Shown: positions 1 to 11,423 of the stretch, piece by piece
Position numbering within the stretch: the stretch's first letter is position 1
How the letters are laid out: each line of letters begins with the position of its first letter
Source: Octopus vulgaris
Taxonomy: Eukaryota
Reading direction: 5' to 3'
Assembly: GCA_951406725.2 (NCBI GenBank)
Contig: OX597822.1
Coordinates: 85,002,001 to 85,066,000, forward strand
Length of the DNA stretch: 64,000 bases
The notes under the pieces: generated by a model
Seen by the model: only the letters and a program-made list of their open reading frames with translations
Database searches by the model: none
What the model was told of the DNA's origin: nothing
Translations under genes and position numbers: made by a program

Positions 1-425
1 ATAATGGAAACACCTAGCATCATAGCATCATAATTTTGAAATATCTTTAAAACCCTCAAATGCTTGTTTATTTTTGTTTTTTGATTTATTGTTTGTGTTG
101 CTTAATATGTTTTGATAAAATTGATGCAATAAAGTGTTCGTCTGCAGAATTCCTATGCTTCAGCAACCAGTTGCACTATAAACGCCCACTGCAGCGATTG
201 TAAATAACCATAATGGTGAAAGGTACGCAAAGAACAAATGCTATAAACTGCATTTGTTCTTGGAGACTAAATTCAGTCGGCCATCGGAGAAGGCCTTTAA
301 GGGAGCCCACAACGGTGCAAGGAATTGGGTCAGGTCTTGTCTGTTGATAATTCCCTTACATTACACTCTGAGACTATTTCTTTATACGCTACATGTAGAT
401 AGGGATTTTACGGACACTCTGTATT

Positions 426-427
<2 letters not shown>

Positions 428-508
<81 letters not shown>

Positions 509-549
509 GTCTATCTGTCTACCTAGCTATCTGTCTATGTAACTGCCTG

Positions 550-587
<38 letters not shown>

Positions 588-687
588 ATCTATCTAACTA
601 TCTATCTATCTATCTATCTATCTATCAATCATCTATCTAACTCTCTGTCTATCTGTCTGTCTATCTATCTATCTATCTACCTACCTT

Positions 688-738
<51 letters not shown>
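428..738. repeat. Compound microsatellite (CTAT)n/(CTGT)n followed by (TG)n
   Basis: Directly visible tetranucleotide and dinucleotide arrays; these explain ORFs 254..526 and 673..855. Confidence 0.97.
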
Positions 739-741
<3 letters not shown>

Positions 742-1307
742 CACACACGATAACTGCTTAGTTGAAGCATACTGAAGCGGAAGCACGTGTACATATCCAA
801 GAACGAAAGAAAAAAATTTTCGTTTGTTACATGTCACATCCCGATATCTCTTCACGCTTGAGATTATCTCTCTTCTTTACACTAAGTTACGATTGTCATC
901 AGTTGTTTTTCTTCTTTCGAAGCGAAGATTAACTCAATAGAACAAGAAGATGCTTTGTGTGGTTTGGGATATTTAATCTACCATTATTCTTTATTTGTCT
1001 TTTGATTTCTTTGTTTGCCACCGATGCTCATTTCTTATATATCTTATGCATATTTTAAATATCTTATAGATAGGCAAGGCTGTCAATAAAATATATAAAA
1101 AAACTTAGATATGTTTCGACCAGAGATTGGTCCAGGCCATGTCTAACTTAATAGCACATTTAATGAAAATATCGTAATCTCTCTTTTTTTTTAGATCTGA
1201 ACCCCACAAAACGGAATAGCTGCAGCAATCTGGCGAATGGAAGGTAGCAAATTCAATGACAGAAATTAGTTTGCAAAAATACATGAACTACCATATGAAC
1301 TTAAACA

Positions 1308-1651
1308 AGGAGTGGCTGTGTGATAAGAAGCTTGCTTACCAGCCACATAGTTCCGGATTCAGTCCCACTGCGTGACACTTTGAGCAAGTGTCTTCTGCTA
1401 TAGCCTTGGGTCGACCAAAGCCTTGTGAGTGGATTTGGTAGACGGAAATTGAAAGAAGCCCGTCGTATATATATATATATATATTTGGGGCTGGCCAGGT
1501 CGGAGCAATCTCAAGATTAATCAGCCGAAATTGCGAGGATGATCCGGTTCTTGACTGAAGATTGAAGGCTTCGAATGTCCCGTCCGTGTTTTTTGTATCG
1601 TCTTCTAAATGTTTTGCGTTCTTGTCCCAGTTTGTATTTTTTTACATATAC

Positions 1652-1695
<44 letters not shown>

Positions 1696-1925
1696 ATACA
1701 TATATGCATGTATGTATATGTGTGTTTGTGTCTGTCTGTCCCTCAACCATCACTTGACTATCGATGCTGGTGTTTACGTCTCCGTAACATAGCGGTTCGG
1801 TAAACGAGACCGATAGAATGAGTACTTGACTTACAAAGAATAAATCCTGGGGTCGATTTGTTCGACTAAAGGCGGTGCTCCAGCTTGGCCGCAGTCACTT
1901 AACTGAAACGAGTAAAAGAGTAAAA
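1308..1925 (+). mobile_element. SINE family A (tRNA head, CORE-like block, internal TA/TG microsatellite, 3' tail), with an insert in its (TA)n
   Basis: Head GGAGTGGCTGTGTGATAAG...GGATTCAGTCCC (A/B-box-like), CORE-like CACTTTGAGCAAGTGTCTT, tail GGCGGTGCTCCAGC...GAAACGAGTAAAAGAG; more than 10 homologous copies in the window. Confidence 0.9.
1485..1645 (+). mobile_element. Short TA-embedded repeat fragment (Penelope-like remnant, inferred), homologous to 25050-25405 on the opposite strand
   Basis: TCGGAGCAATCTCAAGATTAATCAGCCGAAATTGC...GCTTCGAATGTCCCGTCC matches the reverse complement of ~25120-25207; flanked by (TA)n. Confidence 0.7.
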
Positions 1926-1959
1926 AAAATATGGGTTTAGTACATGATGGCCAAGTTGA

Positions 1960-2790
1960 CGACCTCAAATATCAGTATAATAACAGTGTGGTGAATTCTG
2001 AACAACGATCCGTGCGTGTCGGTTGGTGCAGCAGTACACAGATTCATTCACTGGAAGTCATCAGCGCACAAAATTCTCAAAGTCTATTTTCGTAGAAAGA
2101 TGTATCGTTTGCAAATTCTACATAACTTACATGAGAAAGATATTCCTACACGAAGTGAATGGTATGCTGGCACCATCGAACGTATCCACTATGACAACCT
2201 AATATACATCATTCTTTTCACTGATGAAGTTCCGTTCGATAGACATCGGGAAGTCAATCGTCAGAACTACCATATTTCGGCAGACGAGCTTCGAAAGAAC
2301 ATTCTCCAACACCGAAAAAGGGATTCACATAAATGAATGTATAGATGGGTATAAAAAAATATCTTATATTTGTGAACATTTTGCTAAAGTCACAATTACA
2401 AGGCCGATTTAGCTTCAGATTTTGCAATAATTTCCTGAACATCTGTTAACTGCCAAGAAGATAATAAACAGTCATGTTTCAACCATACGCACGCCGTCTA
2501 TTAAAATACGACTGTTCAAGATTATCAGCATGAGCTGTTCCCAATTCAGTGGAATGGACGTAAACATCGTGATCGATACGTCACCAGACCTAGCTTCTTG
2601 CGGTTCCTTCGTTTGCAGTTTTACCGGATCGAAAGACAAACAAGGATTACGACTCGGGACAATCAGTTTGAACGCAAATAACAGAGCAGTGCAAAAGCTT
2701 CAGAATGAGATCCGAAATGCTGCTCAACTATTTCAGCAGGGATACTGAGAGCCGTCATGTTAAAATCGACACTTGGAACTTCAGTGTCAC
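1960..2790 (+). pseudogene. Decayed Tc1/mariner-superfamily transposase
   Basis: ORF 2016..2336 reads HKILK...MYRLQILHNLHEKDIPTR...ILFTDEVPF...EVNRQN (first catalytic D, FSDE-like context); ORF 2530..2748 contains SPDLASCGSF, resembling the SPDL(T/N)PCDF motif; broken by frameshifts and stops. Confidence 0.8.
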
Positions 2791-3422
2791 TAATCTTTCA
2801 TTATGTTATGACTTTTGTTTTGTTTAAAAAGTTATGCATTTTTGTTTGAAATCAGGCGCTTTGAAATGTTTCAAACGAAAAGTCTGAGATATTAAACTGG
2901 TGTAACCACATTTCAAAGACCTTTCTTTCCAAGTTCATATCACCAAACGGAGACATTCAGAATAATTTTAAATATAATGAACCTCACAATTATTGATTAT
3001 GAATATTTATGAAATTTTGAGTCATTTTCGCCACTAGTCGAACCTTTTCAACAAACGCGTTTTCATATTTCTTTTAATATATACTCTGCGAGTTTATCAT
3101 GTTTCTTTATTTCTTTTGTATTTATCATTTTTCTCAAAAGTCTGCGTATTTCTAGTTGACACGGCACATGTCGAAACACCGGTGTCCCAGGGTATTCTGC
3201 ACCAATGAACTGGATGTTTTACAATCACATTGGTATCGTAAAAAGAAGTTCCTTGCTACATTTAACCCTTATGGTTCTTTGAAGCCCCTGAAATGGGTGT
3301 TCCTTGTGCATTTAGAAGTTGAACAACTACAGATCACCAGGAAACAATTTATTGCATTAAGTTACAGATAAAACTGGATTCAAGCCTTCTGAATGGCGCT
3401 TAAGTAACACCAACAACAATAA

Positions 3423-3537
3423 TGGTTTCAAATTTTGCCACAAGGGTAGCAATTTTGGAAGAAGGGATAATTCGACTTCATCGGCCTCCAGTGTTTTACT
3501 GGTACTTAATTTATCAACCCTGAAAGGCAAAGTCGAT
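3423..3537 (-). mobile_element. SINE family C, 3' fragment
   Basis: Reverse complement matches the TCGACTTTGCCTTTC...GATAAATTAAGTACCAG core and ...GGCAAAATTTGAAACC tail of other C copies. Confidence 0.75.
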
Positions 3538-3539
3538 GT

Positions 3540-3965
3540 GTCTATCCGTATTTCTTCTCCTTGTCCTGTCTTTTACTGTTTATATTTTGTAGTCGTTACT
3601 GTCATGTTTTTGTTACCATTTTTACCCCTCCGCAAAAAAATCTCAAATTTTATTTAATTTGATTTTCGCGGGAAGGATTGTTTCATTAAAGTCATGTATC
3701 ACCTTGACCTTCGAAACGTGGAGTAGATGAAACAAAGGCGACTGAAGAAGGGAAATTTTCCTTGTTTTGTATGTCCTGTACTCTATTTTTTCGTTGTTTA
3801 GGAAAAATGTCCATTTCCTTGGTTTTGTGTTTATGTTTTCGTTTCTCATTGTGTTCGACGTTTTTTGGTGTCCTGTACCCATATATGCATGTATATATAC
3901 ATGTAGAGGTAGGTAGTACATATATGTATGTATATATGCATATGTTTTATTTATTTATTAATTTA
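3540..3965 (+). mobile_element. AT-rich dispersed repeat with hammerhead-core words (Penelope-like pseudo-LTR remnant, inferred)
   Basis: Shares TTTCGTTTCTC...TGTCCTGTAC...ATGCATGTATAT...GTAGGTA with 5368-5779 and 58020-58250, and TCGAAA..GTAGAT..CTGA(A/T)GAAGGG with 5584-5626 and 59731-59772. Confidence 0.65.
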
Positions 3966-3988
3966 TTAAATTAATATATACATATATA

Positions 3989-4524
3989 GGCGCAGGAGTG
4001 GCTGTGTGGTAAGTAGCTTGCTAACCAACCACATGGTTCCGGGTTCAGTCCCACTGCGTGGCATCTTGGGCATGTGTCTTCTGCTGTAGCCCCGGGCCGA
4101 CCAATGCCTTGTGAGTGGATTTGGTAGACAGAAACTGAAAGAAGCCTGTCGTATATATGTATCTCTCTCTATATAAACGGCAGTTTGTCTGTGCGTGTTC
4201 CTGTGTGTCTGTTTGCTTGTACCCTCACCCTGACCACGGCTTTCAACCGATTCTGATGAAACTTGATACACACATAGCCCAATGTCATAATTCAAAACTA
4301 ACGCAGCGAAAATTTTGAAAAGTTCCCCCAGTTCTGAAAAAAATCGATAAATCCGACATGGGGTCGAGAATCAGAAACACGAACCATAAACTGTCTAGGG
4401 GACGCAACTCAACCTTTTTTAAATCTCAAAAAAAAATTTACCATCATTTTTTGGCTATAACTCTCTAAAAATGCTTTATAGTTATTTCCCTTACAAACCT
4501 GAGCAACGCCGGGCGATCCTGCTA

Positions 4525-4574
<50 letters not shown>

Positions 4575-4800
4575 ATGTGTGTGTTTGTGTGTCTGTGTTT
4601 GTCCCCCTAGCATTGCTTGACAACCGATGCTGGTGTGTTTACGTCCCCGTCACTTAGCGGTTCGGCAAAAGAGACCGATAGAATAAGTACTGGGCTTACA
4701 AAGAATAAGTCCCGGTGTCGATTTGCTCGACTAAAGGCGGTGCTCCAGCATGGCCGCAGTCAAATGATTGAAACAAGTAAAAGAGTAAAGAGTAAAGAGT
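3989..4800 (+). mobile_element. Full-length SINE family A interrupted by a Helitron
   Basis: GGCGCAGGAGTGGCTGTGTGGTAAG head through GAAACAAGTAAAAGAGTAAAGAG tail; TAAATTAATATATACAT occurs at 3967-3983 and 4810-4826 (TSD-like). Confidence 0.92.
4162..4525 (+). mobile_element. Non-autonomous Helitron
   Basis: Begins TC, ends CTAG, sits between host A (4161) and T (4526) with no TSD; imperfect GC-rich hairpin CCTGAGCAACGCCGGG just before the 3' end. Confidence 0.82.
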
Positions 4801-5367
4801 ATACATACATAAATTAATATATACATTTACAAATAGACACTTGCCACTCATTATAAGTACAAGTATTATAAGACAAGTATTATAAGGGAAATAACTTCTT
4901 CATAATATTTGGTGGGATTAAAAATGTGAATCTGAAATTATTTATAATGAAATAGACGCACAGAATTCACATATTAAATTATTTGTTTATTTATTATGTT
5001 ATTCTTAGCAATCGAGAGTAAAGAGAAAGTTCTCAAGCGTTTTCATTGGAGATAATATTTCTTTCCAGTGAATTCTGCCCCGTTAAAGTGTCGAATAGTA
5101 GCCAACGATTTTGATTTTCATCTAGAAACATAATTCAAAACCTGTTCTCCAATACAATTCGTGAAGCTGTTATTTCATAATAGTTCATATGAGCAGGACA
5201 TGTTACAAGGTTCATAGACAAGTAGACTCGCGGCCACCTGGAAGGCCTCCACGTCGATGGGAAGAATGGTGCACGTCGATGGGAAGATCATTGTAGCCAG
5301 TGGTGTAGAACAGCATCTGATGGCCTGGTCGATACTGCAGTATGTATATATATATATATATATATAT

Positions 5368-5779
5368 TATAAATAATATATAAATATATATTCATATAGA
5401 CATACATATATGTACCTACCTACATATATATATATACGTATATATACATGCATGTAAGGGTACAGGACATAAAAAAAAGTGGATAAATGAGAAACGAGAA
5501 CATAAAAAAACATTGAAAACGAACTTTTTTCGAATAGCGAAAGAAACAAATACAGAAACGAGACAGGCAACATAAAGAACATTCCCTTCATCAGTTGTCC
5601 CCTGTTTTATCTACTCTGCGTTTCGAAGGTAGGGACAAGAGACGTCGTTTTCTATGTTTTTGTTTTTTATGTTCTCGTTTCTCATTTGTCCACGATTTTT
5701 TGATGTCCTGTACCCACATATGCATGTATATGTACATATATGTATGTATATATGCATACATTTATATATTATTTATATT
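5368..5779. mobile_element. TA-flanked element with ~120-145-bp inverted arms (Penelope-like inverted pseudo-LTR, inferred)
   Basis: 5368-5513 is the approximate reverse complement of 5659-5779 (GAGAAACGAGAACATAAAAAA / TTTTTTATGTTCTCGTTTCTC; GGGTACAGGACAT / ATGTCCTGTACCC). Confidence 0.7.
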
Positions 5780-5846
5780 AGTATATGATCGAACGCCACG
5801 CATCCATTTCCAAGCAAGTTTTATCTCTCTCTCTCTCTCTCTCTCT

Positions 5847-5889
<43 letters not shown>

Positions 5890-6229
5890 GTTCAGCCGTT
5901 GTGCGTGTTCATGTTTGTAAATCAAGCATTCATACTATGTAACCATGGTAAATATCTAATCTTCACATTATTTAAAAACATACAACTTACTCTGAGGTTG
6001 CAGTACTTCGCTGTCCTAATATAAATATAAATACTGTGTTTAAATTGCATTCTTTTTTAGCCAGACAGACGTACCACAAAACGAGAAAATGCTCTAGACT
6101 CTCCAGAACTTGTAACTCTCTACATAATTCAGAAGACTCCATACTAGATGACTACTTCCATATCTAGGATGGTACTGCTGCCGTCCATACATCCGAGACA
6201 TGAAAAATAAAAGCTACCCCACCCATCCA

Positions 6230-6545
6230 CATCACTGACTAAGTAGCATAAAATCACTCGACAACACACAGCGACCTCGTACTGTCAGTCGTTATGTCTC
6301 TTTCCTCTGGCCTTTCTGTCACTACATGGACATTCCCTTCTCGGATCTGGCTGGTTTCGTGCCTTCTACACCTAAGCATCTCGTACTCGTCTCCCATCTC
6401 TTCATATTGTGCTTAGGTCTACTACTATGCTGGTTTCTTCCTCCCAGAACCTCGAGATTCTGGAATTCCATCCATTCCATGTTTGCATCGCAACCGTCAA
6501 CTTGCAGCTGTTTAAGAGGTACGCCATGCACATTGAACTCACCAG
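6230..6545 (+). pseudogene. 3' end of a decayed CR1/L2-group LINE ORF2
   Basis: Translates across frameshifts to ...FLPPRTSRFWNSIHSMF...NLQLFKRY, matching the typical CR1/L2-group C-terminus SFFPRT.RLWNSLP...NL..FK. Confidence 0.6.
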
Positions 6546-7493
6546 TGACGGAAGAATTACGAAGGTTTTGGACACGGTTTTTACCTTAACACCAAACCAA
6601 TAAAAAAAAATATTGTGCTGTGAGGAAGAAAAACAAAACAAAACAAAATAAAATACGAACATAAAATGAACACAAATAAAATATAAAATTAATAGTAATG
6701 AAATATTACTATATATTGTTGTTTTTTTTTTTCTTTTATATAAGTCATATTTTCAAGGACTGTACAGTAAAAAGAAGCATGAAAGCTTTGCCGATGCTAC
6801 AGCCATTTTGTCCAGGCCAGCTGTCAACATTTTAGTCATTTAAGTTTTATTTTTTATTTTCTGTGAACTACACTCAAACAGACACAATACTCAATAGTTT
6901 CGGCTACTGAAAGTTTACATACACACACACACACACACGCACATATATATACCTAACCTGCTGTTTTACAAGAGCAAGAAAATTGGCAATATTTTTTGAA
7001 GTCCAGTTTGTAAAAATGTCTGAATCAAGAACGGGAGATGATGCGTGGAAAAAACCAAAGAGAAATTAATTGACAATAGGACAGAAAAAAAAAAACAGGA
7101 TGGGATTAAAATTATTTTCGTACATTGGCCCAAAGGCACACATTTGTAGGGAGAGGGAAATTCAATTGAACTAACCATTGGTTTTTTTCTTATCAAGCGC
7201 CCAGAAGGATTAATGGCAAAGTGGACCCAGCTGGGGACTGAAACCAGAATTTAAGAAAACAGTGCAAGGCATTTGTTCACTGACACCCCAGTGCTCTACT
7301 GATTCTGACTACCCTCACAGAAGGTAATAATAATTCCATTAGTTTTCTTCATTTGCAGATGACATACTGGGGAAACAATTTTATTAAAATCATATCAAAA
7401 TGTTCTCGTTTATTGAAGAGGCTTTGCTTCTGTTGTCTTTGAAATTGCTTGATTAACCACGCTTAATAACTTTTGGAGTTAGACAAATGTACG

Positions 7494-7533
<40 letters not shown>

Positions 7534-8096
7534 TGTATATGTGTATGTATATGTATGTATGTATGTATACGTATGTATGTATGTATATATGTATGTATAT
7601 ATGTATGTATGTATGCAAGTATCTATGGTTTCTGTATATTAATTAGTTGACTTTTATTGACTCTTTTGTTTGTCAAACAAAAACACATGAAGTGAGCAAA
7701 AAAAATTGTTTTCTTATGTACATTATTGATTGTGTTGCGTTAACACAGATCGTGTATTTAAAGTAACGAGGTCCAGGTGGTAATAATTTGCAGTTCGTTA
7801 TCACCATAATCATCATCACCATTATTATAATTATTTCCTCATTCCTTTCCATTTCTTTGTCTTCCAGAACTTCCACATCATCATCTTTTCCATGATTCTA
7901 ATTACGTTTGTCATGTCCAAAAGCGAACAGTTCCGACGTCACAACCTTTCCAAGTATCTTTCCTCATGTCAGTTTTCGATGAACAAGGTACATACTGGAA
8001 AAGAAAAGAGAAATTATTAGTGGAGCTATATAGAGATAAATCAACAGATAAAATGCAGTTTTTATGCAACTATCATTAACTTCATTTAGTTTGTAA

Positions 8097-8514
8097 GTCG
8101 CAGCAGACGTGGTTGGCTGCGCGCGGGCTTTTGTCGCGTCAGCACCCGCGCATCCGAGGGCGTTCACAAGCCGTCGCCTGGTGGCAGGCGGTTTCATACG
8201 GGTTACCCGGGGCGTAGTGAGCATGAAGAACACGGCTCCACATCCATGACGCCGTGGAGCTACACAGCTTTCGGTTCACCGTCGTGTCGGTGCGCATGGC
8301 CTGGCTCCTCGAAGTGGAGTCGATCGTCGCACCACGACGCGCGGCAGGCGTTCAGCCAGCAGTAAACAGTCGACTCGTAACTGGTACGAACCGGAGGAAT
8401 CCGACTGCCTAATTTAAGCAGAGTATCACGTAGTCGGCCGAACCGCACAGATGCGATGTGATTTCTGTCTTGTGCTCTGAATGTCAAAGAGAAGAAATTC
8501 AACGAGGCGTAGGC
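8097..8514 (+). pseudogene. Dispersed 28S rRNA fragment (expansion segment D8 region plus downstream conserved core)
   Basis: 8365-8512 aligns by eye to conserved eukaryotic LSU sequence (AACTGGT.CG.ACC..GGAATCCGACTG..TAATT; GCGATGTGATTTCTG....GTGCTCTGAATGTCAAAG.GAAGAAATTCAA.GA.GCG); the upstream part is GC-rich like an expansion segment; flanked by TTGTAA at 8091-8096 and 8515-8520. Confidence 0.9.
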
Positions 8515-8619
8515 TTGTAAAAAAAATAACATGATTATCACAAATTTCTGAAACTTTGGAATAATGTGAATAAATAAATTAAAAGACTACAAGAGCGTTT
8601 TCAACTTCATTAAATATAC

Positions 8620-8947
8620 TTTATCTTTCACTTACTTCAGCCACTGCCTTAGGCAAATCAACCCATGTACTTTTTTTAAAGTTTGGTACTTACTGTATCT
8701 CTCACTTTTGCCAATCAACTAATTACTGGGACATAAAGAAACCAACACCGGTTGTCAAGCAGGGGTCTTATGCGGCGGGTTTCCACACAGCCTCTATCTA
8801 CCAAACCCGCTCACAAGTCATTGGTTGGTACGGGCTTATAGTAGAAGACATTTGCCCAAGATGGCTTGCAGTGGAACTGAAGGCGAAACCACGTGGTGGT
8901 TGTTAAGTGAGCGTCTGCCTCTTAGCCACATAACTATGAGTTTGCCT
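8620..8947 (-). mobile_element. Diverged SINE family A
   Basis: Reverse-strand matches: CCAACACCGGTTGTCAAGC, CTACCAAACCCGCTCACAAG, TAGTAGAAGACATTTGCCCAAG. Confidence 0.8.
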
Positions 8948-9094
8948 ACAAGCCAAAGTGTAAAAATAAATAAATAAACTATGACATGGAAATTAAACTA
9001 GTTTCGCCGGCTCGTTTTCCGAGAGCTTACAACAAACACAAAAAAACCAATGGCTGTCTTTTGTCAGTGTGTTGTGAGAATCCACACGCAGTGG

Positions 9095-9883
9095 ATAAGA
9101 CGAGAAGCAATACAAGAAGAAGATAGCATCAAAATACATGACTTGCATATTTCTAATCTAAGGTATGCAGACAATGCTGCTCTACTTGCCAAGACTGAAG
9201 CTGGACTACAAGAAATAATGAGTAGAGTCGAGAAGATATCAAATATGCATGATCTGTATTTCAGCCATAAGAAAATAAAAAGTCATGTCGGTAGGAAAAG
9301 AGAAAGTAAATGTTAACGTGAAAGTGGGCAGGGAGAGGCTCGAACAGGTTGAATTGTACGAGTATCTTGGAGCCCAAATCTCTGATGAAAAAGCTAGGAC
9401 ACAGCTGGTCATGATAAGAACTTCTATGGAAAAACTTAAGAACATTTGGAGTTGCAAAAGTGTTTCAGCTAAATTAATAACCAGACTAGTGCTAGCGTTC
9501 AATTGGCTAATAGGCATTTACGGTTGCTAAGCATGGACTACGAACAAATTTGAAGAGAACATAATGCGTTTGAAATGTGGGTTTTATAGGAAAATGTTAC
9601 AGGTCTCTTAGAAGGATCATCGGATAAATGAATGGCTGTTATAACAAGTAGGTGAAAGACGGTAACCCCTGGACATTGTGAAAATCAATAGTTCGTCTTG
9701 TATGGTCATATTCGAAAAAGAGGCGGTGTGGAGAACATTATCATGGAAGGAAGGATAGAGGAAGACTAAGATCGCATTGGCTGGACAATATTAGGAGCTG
9801 GCTGGACAAGAGTGGCAGCTGGAGTAGTCGCCCCTAATCAGGAAGACTTTCGCTGCGGGCGTACCAGGCATAACGACGATGAC
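9095..9883 (+). pseudogene. 5'-truncated, decayed RTE-clade LINE (RT C-terminal half and 3' end)
   Basis: ISNLRYADNAALLA (YADD motif decayed), LEQVELYEYLGAQI, IYGC*AWT, AFEMW, GHIRKRGGVENIIMEGRIE, RWLDNIRSW are RTE-type motifs; ends in a short GAC/GAT repeat; multiple stops and frameshifts. Confidence 0.9.
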
Positions 9884-10370
9884 ATTGTCAGAATTAATTT
9901 ACTTTCACTTTCAGCTGGGAATTCCATGCAGGTTGCAGTGAATATTTGTCGGTTTTGTGAGCATCACACACACACACACAGCAGTTTTTCTTACTAGTTT
10001 TTGCCAATGGACAGCAAACATTTACCACCGTTAAAAGGCTTAGGACAGCTAAGCTTATTTCAATCGGTAGTTTTTATCGAAGTCCATTTATCGAATGGCT
10101 TCTTTATCAAATTAATTGCTGGAGTGAAGGAACGCGACTCAACGCACCATTTTACACCGGTATACACAAATGTACACATTTACACGCATATGTCTTGTAA
10201 TAATGGTATAAAATTTCAGTTTTTAATTGTTATTATTATTATTATTAATTTTACATTTTTGCATAATTTTCTCATGCTTGAGCGTGTTTGTGCGCACGCA
10301 TGCGATCACGCGTGCTTACATACAAAAGTATCAGAAAAATAATACCTAAAGTAAAAATAATTGTTAATAT

Positions 10371-10595
10371 TAGTTTCAAATTTTGGCACAAGGCCAGCAA
10401 TTCTGGAGGAGGGGGTAAAATCGATAACATCGACCCCAGAAATCAACTGCTACTTATTTTATTGACTCCCCACTCCCGCAAAAAGAATAAAATTCAAAGT
10501 CGATCTCGGTGGAATTTGAACACAAAACGTTAAAGCAGACGAAATGCCGCTAAGTATTCTACTTGGCGTGCTAACGATTCTGCCAGCTCACTGCC
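10371..10595 (-). mobile_element. SINE family C
   Basis: Reverse complement of the GGCAGTGAGCTGGCAGAATCGTTAGCACGCC head, GTTCAAATTCCACCGAG B-box region and TGTGCCAAAATTTGAAAC tail. Confidence 0.85.
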
Positions 10596-11096
10596 TTAAA
10601 CATAATAATAATAATATTAACAACAGAACTCATGTCGAAAACCGGGAACGAAAAACGAATATATACATAATATGTATGTATGTATACGTAGTCCATCAGA
10701 GTGTCAACTGAGTGTTGAAGGACAATAACTGCGAAATCCTTCAAATCATTTTGTGGCAGCGATAAAAGAAAGGAGATGCGAGTAACATGATGACAAATGA
10801 CCGGCGATGATGATGAAGATAGCAAGCAAAGAAGTCACGCGTTCACATTGGCTGTCTCGTCACCTGCAGGGAATGAGTTCGTTAATGTTCTGTATATGTT
10901 TAGTCTCTCTCTCTCTCCCTCCCCCCTCTCTCTCTCCCTCTCTCTCACAGAGTTTACTTTGGCGAATATTTTTTCATACACAATAAAACCGAGCTTGTAA
11001 TTTCGATGGCCGTATATCGTAACTTCCACTGGTATGTCAACAATAAGGTAGATAACACCAACTATTTCACCTACATAACAGCATATCGAATCAATG

Positions 11097-11260
11097 AGAG
11101 GACCTCTAGCGGTTGCTTGATTAGCTAGAAATAGTAGTCAAATTTCCCTGAAATCATATACTAATACTGTTAAAAAGTAGAAGCACATATAGGACAATAT
11201 AGATGCTGAAAAGAATCGAATGACGCGAGGCCCGATGTTAGAACAGTTTAGATCTATCTC
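11097..11260 (+). repeat. Old dispersed repeat family D
   Basis: GCTAGAAATAG(T/C)AG(T/C)CAAAT.TCCC motif recurs at ~34430(+), 34600-34660(-), 38100(+), 50143(+), 52320(-), 54440(+), 54975(-) and 55215(-). Confidence 0.6.
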
Positions 11261-11357
11261 CAGGCGTTGTGGATTAAAGACACGATTATATATACAGAAC
11301 GGCACTGGAAGGTAAGGCGACTGACAGAATCAACACAGGTGGGTATTTTAATCCTGA

Positions 11358-11423
<66 letters not shown>

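Noticed and set aside
3155-3190. Hammerhead-like GGCAcaTGTC-GAAACACCGGTGTC
   Set aside because: Palindromic stem III is suggestive, but the CUGANGA core is absent (TTGACAC).
5249-5287. Direct repeat CACGTCGATGGGAAGA x2 (CRISPR-like?)
   Set aside because: Only two units with a very short spacer in eukaryotic DNA; simple local duplication. No CRISPR array in the window.
8097-8514. Functional rDNA unit
   Set aside because: Only an internal 28S piece with substitutions in conserved positions; no 18S, 5.8S or remaining 28S nearby.
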